A stretch of DNA of 64,000 nt from Candidatus Hydrogenedentota bacterium (GTDB lineage Bacteria; Hydrogenedentota; Hydrogenedentia; Hydrogenedentales; SLHB01): NCBI GenBank assembly GCA_963668025.2, contig CAXXTH010000010.1, positions 1,248,001 to 1,312,000 of the forward strand. Direction: 5' to 3'. Positions within the stretch are counted from its first letter, which is position 1. The number at the start of each line of letters is the position of its first letter. Under the pieces are notes generated by a model. The model did not search any database. It saw only the letters and a list, made by a program, of their open reading frames with translations, and was not told where the DNA came from. A program made the translations under genes and the position numbers. Below, piece by piece: positions 52,330 to 62,874 of this stretch.

Positions 52330-54009
52330 TTGGACGAGGACGCTGAAGCTCGAAGTACGGCCCAGCTGCCGCGCCTAGTGCGAATGGGGAGCATTGCGGC
52401 AGCGTGGGTGCTCGTGGTATCCCTATTCTATTTGCCGCTGCCGATCACGGCGGCTGGAACCGCGCAGGCGGATTCCGCTCCATCCGCCGCGAAAGAGTCG
52501 TCTACATTGTTCGTGAGCATGCCCGCCGTGGAAGGCCTGGCTCAACTACAGGCGGAGCAGGCGCTGGCTGGAGCGGGGCTGCAAGCGCCTCGGTTGCGCA
52601 ATGATTTTTCTGGTAAAGCGGCGCGCGGAATCATTGTCGAGCAGGAGCCGCCCGCGGGCGCGAATGTGCAGCTAGACGCCCAAACGGCTCTTGCCGTGTC
52701 GAAAGGTTTTTTGCCTGCGGTTATTATAGTGGCTGTAGCGGGGCTTTTATTACTTTCGGCGTTTTTTTCCAGTTCAGAGACCGCTTTTTTCTCCATCCAT
52801 AAATTGCGCTTGCGCAGCCTCGGAGAAGAAAAAAACCTTACTGGCCCGGTGATCGCCCAGATGATGGCCAATCCTGGACGATTGCTCACCACCATTTTAT
52901 TGGGCAACATGATCGTCAACGTGCTTATTGGCATCGCTCTTGGCACGCGCTTGGAAGACATGCTGCGCCTCGGCGCGGGCATGCCAGTGCCGGCCGCATA
53001 TGCCCTAGCGGTGGTTGCCGGCACCGCCATTCTGCTTATCTTTGGTGAAGTGAGCCCTAAAGTGTTGGCTGTTTACGCAGGCGAGCGTTTGGCACGCGTA
53101 ACGGCTTTGCCGCTGCGCATGGCTGACCGGCTCCTCGCGCCTATCCGTGACGGTGTTTTGGCCATCACTAATGCGTTGTTCGCCATTACGCGCTTCCATG
53201 AATTTCGAGCGGCCCCATTCATTACCGATGAAGAGTTGAAATCCGTGCTCACCAATGGCGAAGCCCAAGGCGTGATCGAAGAAGATGAACGGCAGATGAT
53301 CCAAGGCATCCTCGAATTCAGCGATGTCGTGCTGCGGGAAATCCTCGTGCCGCGGCCCGATATCATCGCCGTACAAGAAGAAGCCACCGTGCGCGAAGCG
53401 CTCGCGCTTTACCGGGAATACGAATACTCGCGCATGCCCATTTACCGCGAAAATCTTGACCATATTACCGGGCTTCTCGTAGCGAAAGATCTGATGCCTT
53501 ATTTCGCAAAAGGCGACCTGGATTGCGGCGTAGGCGCGCTGGCGCGCCCGGTGCATTTCGTTCCCGAGACCACTACCGTGCAGCAATTCGTGAAAGACGC
53601 CCAGCGCCACCGCGCCCACTTGGCCGTAGTGGCCGATGAATATGGCGGAACCGCAGGCATTGTGACCTTAGAAGACGCCCTGGAACAGGTTGTCGGGAAT
53701 ATCATGGATCCGGATGAACAAGAAGAAGAAAGCGTCATCACCCTCGAACCAAATGTATACCAGGTGGATGGACGCCTTTCCCTCCATGAGTTGAACGAAG
53801 CCATTGGCACAAATCTTACCGATGAGGAGCATGAAACCATAGCTGGTTATGTTATTCATCAGATGGATAAACTGCCGGAGCCTGGCGACCAGGTTGAACA
53901 CGATGGCATCCGCCTCACGGTCGAAGCTGTGGAAGGCAAGCGCGTTTTATGGCTGCGCCTGGAAAAGCTTCCCTCCATGCCTGAAAACGGCAAGGAGGAA
54001 GAAGCATGA
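52330..54009 (+). CDS. CNNM/CorC (DUF21-CBS-CBS-CorC) transporter with an N-terminal PASTA domain
   Basis: SAFFSSSETAFFS, LIFGEVSPK, YSRMPIY, DEYGGTAGIVTLED; PASTA-like MPAVEGLAQLQAEQAL...QEPPAG...VSKG. TTG start at 52330 after GGGAGGGG. Confidence 0.88.
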   Translation: MDEDAEARSTAQLPRLVRMGSIAAAWVLVVSLFYLPLPITAAGTAQADSAPSAAKESSTLFVSMPAVEGLAQLQAEQALAGAGLQAPRLRNDFSGKAARGIIVEQEPPAGANVQLDAQTALAVSKGFLPAVIIVAVAGLLLLSAFFSSSETAFFSIHKLRLRSLGEEKNLTGPVIAQMMANPGRLLTTILLGNMIVNVLIGIALGTRLEDMLRLGAGMPVPAAYALAVVAGTAILLIFGEVSPKVLAVYAGERLARVTALPLRMADRLLAPIRDGVLAITNALFAITRFHEFRAAPFITDEELKSVLTNGEAQGVIEEDERQMIQGILEFSDVVLREILVPRPDIIAVQEEATVREALALYREYEYSRMPIYRENLDHITGLLVAKDLMPYFAKGDLDCGVGALARPVHFVPETTTVQQFVKDAQRHRAHLAVVADEYGGTAGIVTLEDALEQVVGNIMDPDEQEEESVITLEPNVYQVDGRLSLHELNEAIGTNLTDEEHETIAGYVIHQMDKLPEPGDQVEHDGIRLTVEAVEGKRVLWLRLEKLPSMPENGKEEEA

Positions 54010-55292
54010 GCGGGTTCATAGAGCCGATATTGGTTTTCGCCGCCGCCTTGGTGATGTCAAGCCTTTTCGCTGGTTATGAGACTGGATTTGTTTCCACCAA
54101 TCCCATCCGCATCCGGTATTTGGCCGAAGAAGAGCATATGAAACGGGCAATTCGTTTCCTGCATTTTGCCGCCTACCCCGACCGCATGCTGAGCATGCTG
54201 CTGTTGGGCACGAATTTATGCACGATCATAGGCACCATGGCCATCTCGCGAGCGATGCAATCCCTAACAGAGGATTACAGCGAGCTTCTAGCTATGGCGA
54301 TTGTAACGCCTTTATTTCTTATTTTTGGAGAAGTCATCCCGAAAAGTGTTTTCCGCACCCACCCCACCCGCATGACGCTGGCTTTGCTACCAATCATCGA
54401 GTTTTTTTATGCCCTTTTGGCGCCGTTTCATATCCCTATGGCGTGGTTGACGAGGTTTCTTTTTAAGCGGGCGGGTGGCGACAAACACTATTTGAGCCCT
54501 CTGATGAGTTCGCGCGACGATGTGCGGGTATTAGTGGATGAGAGCGCTGATCATGGCACCATCGAGCCGGAAGAACGCAAGATGATCCATTCCGTCATCA
54601 ATCTTCAAACCAAACTCGCACGCGAGATCATGGTGCCTAGAATAGATATGCAAGCCCTTCCGGAGACTGCCACTCGAGAGGAGCTTCTGGCTATTTTCGA
54701 GGAGAGCGGGCGCACGCGCATCGTGATTTATCGGGATTCCATTGATCAGGTGGTGGGAGTCGTGAACGCCCATGCATTGCTTGTAGATCTGCATCCCGAA
54801 GATTCCAGCATTCTGCGCTTTATCCGCGACATACCGCATGTGCCCGACACGGTGAAAGTCGATGATTTATTCCAAATGCTCAAACGTATGAAACAGCATA
54901 TGGCCGTTATCACGGACGAATATGGCGGCACGGACGGGCTCATTACCGTTGAGGATATCATTGAGGAAATCTTCGGCCAAATACAGGATGAACACGACCA
55001 GGAAGAGCGCGCCATTACTCAGGTGGCTCCCCGGGCCTATGTCGTTGACGCCCGGGCTTCGCTCGATGAAGTCTCGGACGCCCTCGGTGTGGAATTGAAA
55101 GATGAGGAAGTGGATACGATTGCCGGATGGGTGATGCGCGCCGCGGGCCGCATCCCCGCACAAGGCGAAGTGTATATAATATCTGGAATCCAGACGACGA
55201 TTCTCGAAGGAACGCCGAACCAGATATGCAAAGTGCGGCTTGAATTGCTAGAACAAACAGGAGGCTTGGATGAAAACCAGCCGGGTAGATAA
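54006..55292 (+). CDS. Second CNNM/CorC (hemolysin-family) protein
   Basis: SLFAGYETG, LIFGEVIPKS, REIMVPR, DEYGGTDGLITVEDIIEE. Confidence 0.92.
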   Translation: MSGFIEPILVFAAALVMSSLFAGYETGFVSTNPIRIRYLAEEEHMKRAIRFLHFAAYPDRMLSMLLLGTNLCTIIGTMAISRAMQSLTEDYSELLAMAIVTPLFLIFGEVIPKSVFRTHPTRMTLALLPIIEFFYALLAPFHIPMAWLTRFLFKRAGGDKHYLSPLMSSRDDVRVLVDESADHGTIEPEERKMIHSVINLQTKLAREIMVPRIDMQALPETATREELLAIFEESGRTRIVIYRDSIDQVVGVVNAHALLVDLHPEDSSILRFIRDIPHVPDTVKVDDLFQMLKRMKQHMAVITDEYGGTDGLITVEDIIEEIFGQIQDEHDQEERAITQVAPRAYVVDARASLDEVSDALGVELKDEEVDTIAGWVMRAAGRIPAQGEVYIISGIQTTILEGTPNQICKVRLELLEQTGGLDENQPGR

Positions 55293-56004
55293 AGGCAAAG
55301 GAACGGCAAGCGCGGTCCGTAAGGCATGGCGGCAAGTTTGGCGCACCATGGTGGCGGGATTGCTCGTGTGGATCCCCTTGATCATCACTGTGTGGGTCTC
55401 GTGGTTCTTTATTAATAAATTCGTATTCGGACTTGAGCGCCAGTTCAAACTGCTCTTCGATGCGATGAATGAATGGGGGCAAGGGATCCCTGGATTGTCC
55501 TTCTTGGGATATTTCCAATATGTCTATGGCATTGGCATCCTATTCTCCATTGCCTTATTTGTGTCCACAGGCATGCTTACCCGCATGTTTGTCGGACAGA
55601 AAATGATTGCGCTGGGTGAAAAAATCGTGTTTGTCATTCCTCTCGTAAACAAGGTGTATCGGGCCGTACAGCAAATCCGCGATGTGCTTATTACCCGGAA
55701 AGGCGCCGTTTTCCAGAAAGTGTGCCTGGTCGAATATCCGCGTCCGGGCATGATCGCCGTTGGATTTATTACCTCGCTGGAGCAAGGTGCAATCCAGAAA
55801 AAGTTAGGGAAAGAACTGCAAGCTGTTTTTATCGCCACTACGCCCAATCCCACCTCGGGATATCTCGTATATCTGCCGTTGGAAGATATCATACTCATTG
55901 ATATCTCCGTAGAAGACGCAATGAAAATCATCGTATCCGCAGGCGCTTATGCTCCCATGCATGAGGGCGAGGCATTGGATATGACTAAAGATATAGATGA
56001 ATAA
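55270..56004 (+). CDS. DUF502 family membrane protein
   Basis: AGLLVWIPL, IPLVNKVY, LVEYPRPG, VFIATTPNPTSG. Confidence 0.9.
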   Translation: MKTSRVDKGKGTASAVRKAWRQVWRTMVAGLLVWIPLIITVWVSWFFINKFVFGLERQFKLLFDAMNEWGQGIPGLSFLGYFQYVYGIGILFSIALFVSTGMLTRMFVGQKMIALGEKIVFVIPLVNKVYRAVQQIRDVLITRKGAVFQKVCLVEYPRPGMIAVGFITSLEQGAIQKKLGKELQAVFIATTPNPTSGYLVYLPLEDIILIDISVEDAMKIIVSAGAYAPMHEGEALDMTKDIDE

Positions 56005-56142
56005 CGCTTATGTCTTTAACTAATATTGTCATCTATTGGCGTTTTGCGGGATAGCTTTACGTGCGGCTCCTTCTGGGTTTTCACTACAAGGCCTTGCACA
56101 TTTTTTTGTTGTAATCACTACAGAAAATGAAGTATAGATGAT

Positions 56143-58152
56143 GTGCTGGTGGCCCTTATCTTGAGGAATACGGTATTGCTGGAAGACGGCAAAAGAGCAA
56201 ATAGCCCCCTTTTGTCGCCGCCCCAAGATCATGAAAACGCCGGAACGATTCTGCTTGCCACGCCGCGTGCGATGGGTATCGCGTGCGCGTTAATGCCGCT
56301 TCTGGCGCTTTGGGTGGTGCAATCGGAGCTCATTTGGTATTCAGGCCATTCAACGGCCATTTCCCTCTTTTTTCATGTCACCTTTACGCTGTTTGTGCTG
56401 GCGCTCGCCAATTTACCTCTCAAACGATACTGGCCTAAATCCGCGTTATCATCCGGCGAACTCATGACGATATACGTGATGCTCTCGGTGGCGGGAACCT
56501 TTTGCAGCCATGACCTGCTGCAAGTCATGATTCCCATGCTGGGTTTTCCCCGTTATTTTGCAAACCCTCTTAATAACTGGGAGCAAGTTTTTCTTCAATA
56601 TGTGCCCGGCTGGGCGTATCTGAGCCATGGCGATGAGGCCATGACCGGTTTGGCGGTCGGTAATAGTACTATATATAATTGGGAGATCTTCAAGGCATGG
56701 GCCGCGCCGCTTGCTTTTTGGTTCGTTTTTCTCATGGCCCTTATGGGCGCACTGCTTACGATGAATGTCTTTTTCCGCCAGCATTGGACGGAACGTGAAA
56801 AATTGAGTTTTCCTGTCATCCAAATCCCGTTGATTTTATCCACGGGACTCGAAGAACTCCTGAAAAACAGGTTGTTCTGGCTCGCATTCGGCATTACGGC
56901 GGCTATTGACTTCAACAATGGATTGAGCTTTTTTTACCCGGGTATCCCGGAGATTCCCATCGTAAACGCCTTCTCATTCTCTGAATATTTCGTGGAGCGC
57001 CCATGGAACGCCATTGCTGGCACGACCATCAATCTCTTTCCATTCGTAATAGGGCTTACCTTCTTCATGCCGACCGACCTGGCGTTCAGTTGCTGGTTTT
57101 TTTATCTGGTTTACCGCCTGCAACTCGTCCTGGCTTCCGCGGCAGGCATCCACGATCTGCCTGGGTTTCCATTCATCAATGAACAGGCGGCAGGCGGCTA
57201 CATCGCCTTAGGCTTGCTGGCGGTCTGGCTGTCGCGCAAGCATTTATATGGCGTCTTGCGCACCGCCGCGGGGCTGCGTGGAGGCGCGGATGATGCGCAA
57301 GAGCCGATACGCTACCGGACCGCTGTATTGCTATTTCTTATATGCACTATCATACTAATTGCACAAGGCATGATGCTGGGCGGCGCGTGGTATGTTCTCC
57401 TGGCTTTTTTTACGATCTTTTTCTTATATTCCATCGCCATAGCGCGTATGCGGGCGGAGTTGGGTCCGCCCGCTCATGACTTACATCATCTTGGCCCCGA
57501 CATGCTCATCGTTAATGCTGTGGGCACCCATCATCTGGGCAAAGGTGATCTGGCCGCCTTCACCATGTTCTGGTGGTTCAATCGCGCTTATCGTGCGCAC
57601 TTCTCTGCTCACAGCATGGAAGGCTTCAAGGCCGCGCAATTGATGCGGATAGCGTCGCGCTCCATGATGAAGGCCATCGTCATCGCCATTTTCGTGGGGG
57701 CCATTGCCGCTATGTGGGCGTTGCTGCATGTCCTCTATGTCCATGGATATAGCGGCCGTCCGGCAGGCGACGCCTTCGCCTCGGAAGGATGGAACAAACT
57801 GGTTACCTGGATGATCTTCCCGCAGAAACCGCGCATGGGAGCCACTCTCGCCTCAGGGGGCGGGCTATTATTCTCATTGCTCTTGGGCGCATTGCGCATG
57901 CGGTTCACCTGGTGGCTGTGGCACCCTGTCGGTTACGCCACCGCCACATCGTGGTCCATGGATAAATTATGGTTTTGCATTTTCCTCGGCTGGATCGCTA
58001 AAGCGTTGATCACGCGGTATGGCGGTGCTCAATTATACCGCAAGGCGCTGCCATTCTTTGTGGGGCTGGCCATGGGAGAATTCGTCATGGGCAGCCTCTG
58101 GATGATTTTCGGTTCGATTGCCAATACGCGCGTCTATCATTTCTGGGGATAG
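56143..58152 (+). CDS. DUF6785/DUF6784 polytopic membrane protein (OPT-superfamily-like)
   Basis: ELMTIY.M, QHW.E.EKL.FP, RMRAELGPP.H, WHPVGY, RYGG..LYRKALPFFVGL..GE. Confidence 0.75.
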   Translation: MLVALILRNTVLLEDGKRANSPLLSPPQDHENAGTILLATPRAMGIACALMPLLALWVVQSELIWYSGHSTAISLFFHVTFTLFVLALANLPLKRYWPKSALSSGELMTIYVMLSVAGTFCSHDLLQVMIPMLGFPRYFANPLNNWEQVFLQYVPGWAYLSHGDEAMTGLAVGNSTIYNWEIFKAWAAPLAFWFVFLMALMGALLTMNVFFRQHWTEREKLSFPVIQIPLILSTGLEELLKNRLFWLAFGITAAIDFNNGLSFFYPGIPEIPIVNAFSFSEYFVERPWNAIAGTTINLFPFVIGLTFFMPTDLAFSCWFFYLVYRLQLVLASAAGIHDLPGFPFINEQAAGGYIALGLLAVWLSRKHLYGVLRTAAGLRGGADDAQEPIRYRTAVLLFLICTIILIAQGMMLGGAWYVLLAFFTIFFLYSIAIARMRAELGPPAHDLHHLGPDMLIVNAVGTHHLGKGDLAAFTMFWWFNRAYRAHFSAHSMEGFKAAQLMRIASRSMMKAIVIAIFVGAIAAMWALLHVLYVHGYSGRPAGDAFASEGWNKLVTWMIFPQKPRMGATLASGGGLLFSLLLGALRMRFTWWLWHPVGYATATSWSMDKLWFCIFLGWIAKALITRYGGAQLYRKALPFFVGLAMGEFVMGSLWMIFGSIANTRVYHFWG

Positions 58153-58220
58153 GCGTGCGGCTGTTATATCATACAGCCGCGAAAAGCCGCTGCACGTGAA
58201 CATGAGGCTGCAATCCGAAC

Positions 58221-61200
58221 ATGCGCTGGATCGTATTCGCCATAACCGCTATTGCCTGTACCGTAGGGCTGGCGGCATGGATTGGCTGGCCCAATCCGCT
58301 GACTATCCAGATCCCGGATTTTAGCCGCGAAGAAGACCTCAATATCAATCGGATCGAGGACTCCTTGCGTGTTTTCACCGCAACGCCGTCGCGCATGACC
58401 GGGTCCCCAGGCGCTGAACAGGCCGCCGAATATATTACCGGCCAACTCAAGAAGCTTGGCGTACAAGATATCGAAATCCAAGAGTTTGAGGCCACGGCGC
58501 CTGAAGTGCAATCCGCGAGCATCTCGGGGCCTGGCGGTGCTCCAGTAACGCTCGAACCGATATGGCCGAATCTTGTCCGCACCAGCCAGACGCCCCCGGA
58601 AGGCTTATCGGGAAAACTTATTGACGTGGGAAATGGCGCCGAGGCCTCATTGAAAGGCCATGAGATCCGCAACGCCATCGTCATCATGGACTGGGTTAGT
58701 GAATCCGAGTGGCTCAGTGTCCAAGAATTTGGCGGCAAGGCGGTGATCTTCCGGGGCGGCAGGCCTGCTTCCGGCGTGCAAGCCCGGAAGAAGTTTCTGA
58801 CCGTGCCTGCGAATATCCCCCGGTTTTATGCTCCTCCGGCCGCCTTGCCTGCGCTCGAAGCCCTCATCGGCCAGACGGCCACCGTGCATTGCCAAATGGA
58901 TTGGGCGAATAAAAAGTCTAGGAATATTTTCGCCCAACTCACGCCAGGCGCGCCACCCACTTCCACCAGCGCGGTGGATAAGGCCCCCGTCATTTTCCAT
59001 GCCTATTACGACAGTGTCAGTGTAACGCCCGCCTTGGCGCCCGGCGCGGAACAAGCCATTGGCGCGGCATCACTGCTCGAACTGGCTCGCTTCATTAAGA
59101 AATTGCCGGAAACACCGCCCCGTCCCATCTATGTGTTATTCACCGGAGGCCATGCCCAGGCCATGACTGGCATGATCCATTTTACCCGCCGCTTGTACGA
59201 TGGGCTCGATAATGGCTGGCCCCAAGTTGAACATGGCGGCATCAGCGCTCGGATGGGGCGTCCGGGGATTTTCGTAGGTCTCGATATTTCGAGCCGTTCG
59301 GATCGAATGGGCATTTTTTGTGTTGGCGCATTTCGCGGCCAAGCGGAGGGCTACCTGCGGCCAAAATTCAGCATGCTTGCCCAGAAACTCGATTCTTTCG
59401 CCAAAAGCTATATGACGGATTATGAAAAGGTGACGCTATTCACGGCCACGCCATTCGTAGACTGCATCAATCTTACCCTTGGAAGGGGATGGTGGACCTA
59501 TTTCCCTTACCGTGCGCCTTTCGAGAGTGAGATTCCTACTTTGGCGGGTTTTCCTGGCGTTACGCTCAGCACCATTAACGACGAGCGGCGCGCCGTTGAC
59601 ACGCCTGATGATACCTTGGCGAATGTAAATCTGGATTTGCTTCAACGGCAGTTGCACCGGGAGCCAGGCCGCCGCGCGGGACTCGCCAATATCGCCATGG
59701 CTTTTGCATATTGGAAAGGGCCGTTTACCAGTTCTGAACTGGAAAGCAACATGGCGAAACTCGGCGGCCGCGCCGTGTGGCTGGATCAACAGCGCGATTA
59801 TATCCCCAACAATCCCATGCCAGGCGCTTGCGTGGCCATGAAGACATATCAGAACAACAAACACCTTAACGGCATGCGCGGCATTCCGCTTGTGCTTGCA
59901 GGGCCAAATGGCGAGTTCGAATTCGACGGCCTGGCTAATTCCACCGCGAATCCTTGGTTCTCCAAGCCGGTGGAAGTAGAGGCTTTTGGTCTGGCCACGC
60001 CACGATTCCTTGAGGCCAATTCCCGCGCCGCCAATGAATATGCATTGCTTCTCCAACGGGGAAGCCCGAGTATAACGCATATTCCACCAGATGGCTCGAT
60101 CATCTATGCCGTAGATCAAGCCCGCCCAACTGAACAGCCGTTCTTGTCCTCCATCCTGGAGCGGGAGCAGAGTGTCAAGCCGGTCTTATTTCCATGCAAA
60201 CCCATTACGCTATTTGGGCTCACGGAACCGCGCGGGTTTATTAGCCTCTTCGATGTGCAGATCCTGGATGCCTCCAACGACAGCCCGCCATTCCAATGGG
60301 GGCTCAGTTATAGCGACAGCTTCCAAGGCGATCCCGAGGAAAACTGCATCACCCTGTGGGCCGCCCCGGCCTTGCGCGTCAAATTGGCCATGGGCCTTGG
60401 ATTCCAGGAAAAACGCCTGGTCTTGTTGAACAACACCCCCGAGAATCCGGAAGGCGAGGGATATATGCTGGCGAATCTGGAAACGATTCCCTCTTGGGTG
60501 TTACAAGGCGCTGGCAACATGTGGCGGCTGGATGAAAAACGCATTCAGAAATTCGTAGCACACGGCATCAGCAATCCCCGCATTCAATCGCTGCATGATG
60601 AGGCGAAGGCAAATCTCGAACTCGCGGAAAATGCGCTGGGCCAATATGATTATATGGCCTACCGTTCGGCTGCGGAGCGCGGGTGGGCGCTGGAAAGCAA
60701 TGCGTACAACGAGCTATTGAATACCGCCAACAATATGATTCGCGGCGTGCTGTTCTATTTACTACTTATGATTCCATTCGCATATTGCCTCGAACGCCTC
60801 ATCATCAATGCCGGTGCGATTCGAGGCCGAGTCATCGGCATCTTTTCCATTTTTACACTGAGTTTCCTCCTGCTGGCGGTCATTCATCCTGCATTCCGTT
60901 TCACCTTGACGCCCGCGCTTGTCCTCATTGCATTCGTCATTCTCGCGCTCGCCGTTTCCGTAAGCATGCTGATTCTTGGCCACTTTGATCGAATGCTGCG
61001 TGATCGCAAACAGGCGTTGATCGGCACACACGAAGACACCGTGGCGGCTGGCGATATCGCCATGCGCGCCGTGGATCTTGGCATCGCCAACATACGGCGG
61101 CGTCCACAGCGCGCCTTTTTCACGGGTATGACTGTTGTGCTCGTCACGTTTACGCTCTTGTCATTCACGTCGATTGTTCCCGAAACCACCATATCCCGCT

Positions 61201-62864
61201 TGCGCCATCCGAATGGCGAGCCAGTGTATAAAGGTTTGCTGGCCCGTGATCGCGCGTGGCTGCCTCTGCCGCTCCCTTTTTATGATTCACTGCGGCGCAC
61301 TTTCGATAAAGAAGCTACCTCGGACGCCGTGGAAGCGACGCTTGCCGGACGGGTGTGGTATTTCTCGGATCTGGCGGGCGAGCTTTCGAAGATAGACATA
61401 GCCAGGCCTCCATCCGAGGGCGCTGTAGACGTATCGAAGCCTGAAACAGGACAAACCACGACAGAAGCCCTTATCGGCATGGAGCCCAGTGAAGCCGCCG
61501 TGTCGGCCGTAGCCTCCACTCTGATAGCGGGCAGATGGTTTGAGAGTGCAGAGGAACAAAGCATCATCCTGCCAGCGCATGCCGCCCAGCAACTTGGTTA
61601 TGGACCCCAAGACATCGGACGAAAAGTGCTCCTCTTTGGCCAAGAACTGCCCCTTGTCGGCATTATAGACGGAGATCAGTTTGACAAGCTGCGCGACATC
61701 GACGGCGAGCCATTGACCCCCGTCAATTTCGCCCAGCAACGTTTGTTGGAAGCGCAGCAGGAACAAGAACAGGAAATTGACACGCTCAAGGACTACATCC
61801 ATTGGACCAGCAACCAATTGGCCATCGTACCGTTTGAACTGGCGCGAAACCTGGGCGGAACGATTCGGAGCATTGCCGTGCGCACGGGAGAAAACACCAG
61901 TGCGGACGAACAGGCCGCGGCATATGCGCGCCGCTCGAATCTCACCATTCTCGCAAGCAATGGCGAAGACGTCACCCTCTACGCCTCCCTCAATCGGAGC
62001 AAGCTCACGGCGGCAGGGCAGATTCTCATCCCCATCGGCCTCGGGTTCATCATGGTGCTGGGAGCCATGCTCGGTTCTGTCTACGAACGGCGCAACGAGA
62101 TATTCGTTTATAACTCGGTGGGGCTTTCGCCCAGTAATGTTGCTTCTTTATTTTTGGCGGAGTCATCCGTTTACGCCGTGCTTGGCGCCGTGGCGGGATA
62201 TTTGCTTGGAAACCTCGTATCCAAAATATTACTCGAGACGCAAGCGCTCTCCGGATTGAGTTTGAACTACTCAGCGGGGACCACCATTCTCATCACCGTT
62301 ATGACCATGGGCATTGTGCTGGTTTCGACTATTTATCCAGCGCGCCAGGCCTTTCTGGCCGCCATACCCCAACAGCGGCGCGAACACGATGATATCGAGG
62401 ATGATGAAAACACCTCAGGCAGCCGCATCAGCATGTTTCTGCCCTTTGTCGCAACCCCATCCAGTGTCATGGCGATGCAAGCATATATGTATGAATTTCT
62501 CGACAGCGTCCAGGGGGTTTCGGTGGGACAGCTCGCGGTGGACCATCTCGATACGGAACTGCGTGAGACAAATGGCAAGCCTGAACCGGTTCTCAAATTC
62601 CTAGCGTGGCTGGCGCCCTTCGATCTCGGACTCAGCCACATGGCCGAGCTCAGCATCGTCTACCGCCCCGAGCGCGGCGTCTATCAATACCATTTGTTAG
62701 CGGTCCGGCACAGCGGCGACCAGCAGAATTGGCGGCGGCTCACGCCCCGGTTCATTCTGGCCATTCGCAAGCAACTGCTCATCTGGCGCATTTTGCCGCC
62801 CGAGGATCTTGCTCGATACAACGACAAGGCCACAAGCCTATTTGGAGCACCAACCATTATGTGA
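58221..62864 (+). CDS. Giant membrane protein: degenerate M28-peptidase-like domain plus TM block plus MacB/FtsX-like permease
   Basis: SRMTGSPG, HAYYDS, APGAEQ; N.RRR..R..T, GRWF, SVYERRNEI....SVGL.P...LFLAES, YPA..A FtsX signatures. Confidence 0.8.
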   Translation: MRWIVFAITAIACTVGLAAWIGWPNPLTIQIPDFSREEDLNINRIEDSLRVFTATPSRMTGSPGAEQAAEYITGQLKKLGVQDIEIQEFEATAPEVQSASISGPGGAPVTLEPIWPNLVRTSQTPPEGLSGKLIDVGNGAEASLKGHEIRNAIVIMDWVSESEWLSVQEFGGKAVIFRGGRPASGVQARKKFLTVPANIPRFYAPPAALPALEALIGQTATVHCQMDWANKKSRNIFAQLTPGAPPTSTSAVDKAPVIFHAYYDSVSVTPALAPGAEQAIGAASLLELARFIKKLPETPPRPIYVLFTGGHAQAMTGMIHFTRRLYDGLDNGWPQVEHGGISARMGRPGIFVGLDISSRSDRMGIFCVGAFRGQAEGYLRPKFSMLAQKLDSFAKSYMTDYEKVTLFTATPFVDCINLTLGRGWWTYFPYRAPFESEIPTLAGFPGVTLSTINDERRAVDTPDDTLANVNLDLLQRQLHREPGRRAGLANIAMAFAYWKGPFTSSELESNMAKLGGRAVWLDQQRDYIPNNPMPGACVAMKTYQNNKHLNGMRGIPLVLAGPNGEFEFDGLANSTANPWFSKPVEVEAFGLATPRFLEANSRAANEYALLLQRGSPSITHIPPDGSIIYAVDQARPTEQPFLSSILEREQSVKPVLFPCKPITLFGLTEPRGFISLFDVQILDASNDSPPFQWGLSYSDSFQGDPEENCITLWAAPALRVKLAMGLGFQEKRLVLLNNTPENPEGEGYMLANLETIPSWVLQGAGNMWRLDEKRIQKFVAHGISNPRIQSLHDEAKANLELAENALGQYDYMAYRSAAERGWALESNAYNELLNTANNMIRGVLFYLLLMIPFAYCLERLIINAGAIRGRVIGIFSIFTLSFLLLAVIHPAFRFTLTPALVLIAFVILALAVSVSMLILGHFDRMLRDRKQALIGTHEDTVAAGDIAMRAVDLGIANIRRRPQRAFFTGMTVVLVTFTLLSFTSIVPETTISRLRHPNGEPVYKGLLARDRAWLPLPLPFYDSLRRTFDKEATSDAVEATLAGRVWYFSDLAGELSKIDIARPPSEGAVDVSKPETGQTTTEALIGMEPSEAAVSAVASTLIAGRWFESAEEQSIILPAHAAQQLGYGPQDIGRKVLLFGQELPLVGIIDGDQFDKLRDIDGEPLTPVNFAQQRLLEAQQEQEQEIDTLKDYIHWTSNQLAIVPFELARNLGGTIRSIAVRTGENTSADEQAAAYARRSNLTILASNGEDVTLYASLNRSKLTAAGQILIPIGLGFIMVLGAMLGSVYERRNEIFVYNSVGLSPSNVASLFLAESSVYAVLGAVAGYLLGNLVSKILLETQALSGLSLNYSAGTTILITVMTMGIVLVSTIYPARQAFLAAIPQQRREHDDIEDDENTSGSRISMFLPFVATPSSVMAMQAYMYEFLDSVQGVSVGQLAVDHLDTELRETNGKPEPVLKFLAWLAPFDLGLSHMAELSIVYRPERGVYQYHLLAVRHSGDQQNWRRLTPRFILAIRKQLLIWRILPPEDLARYNDKATSLFGAPTIM

Positions 62865-62874
62865 GGTAAAAGCA

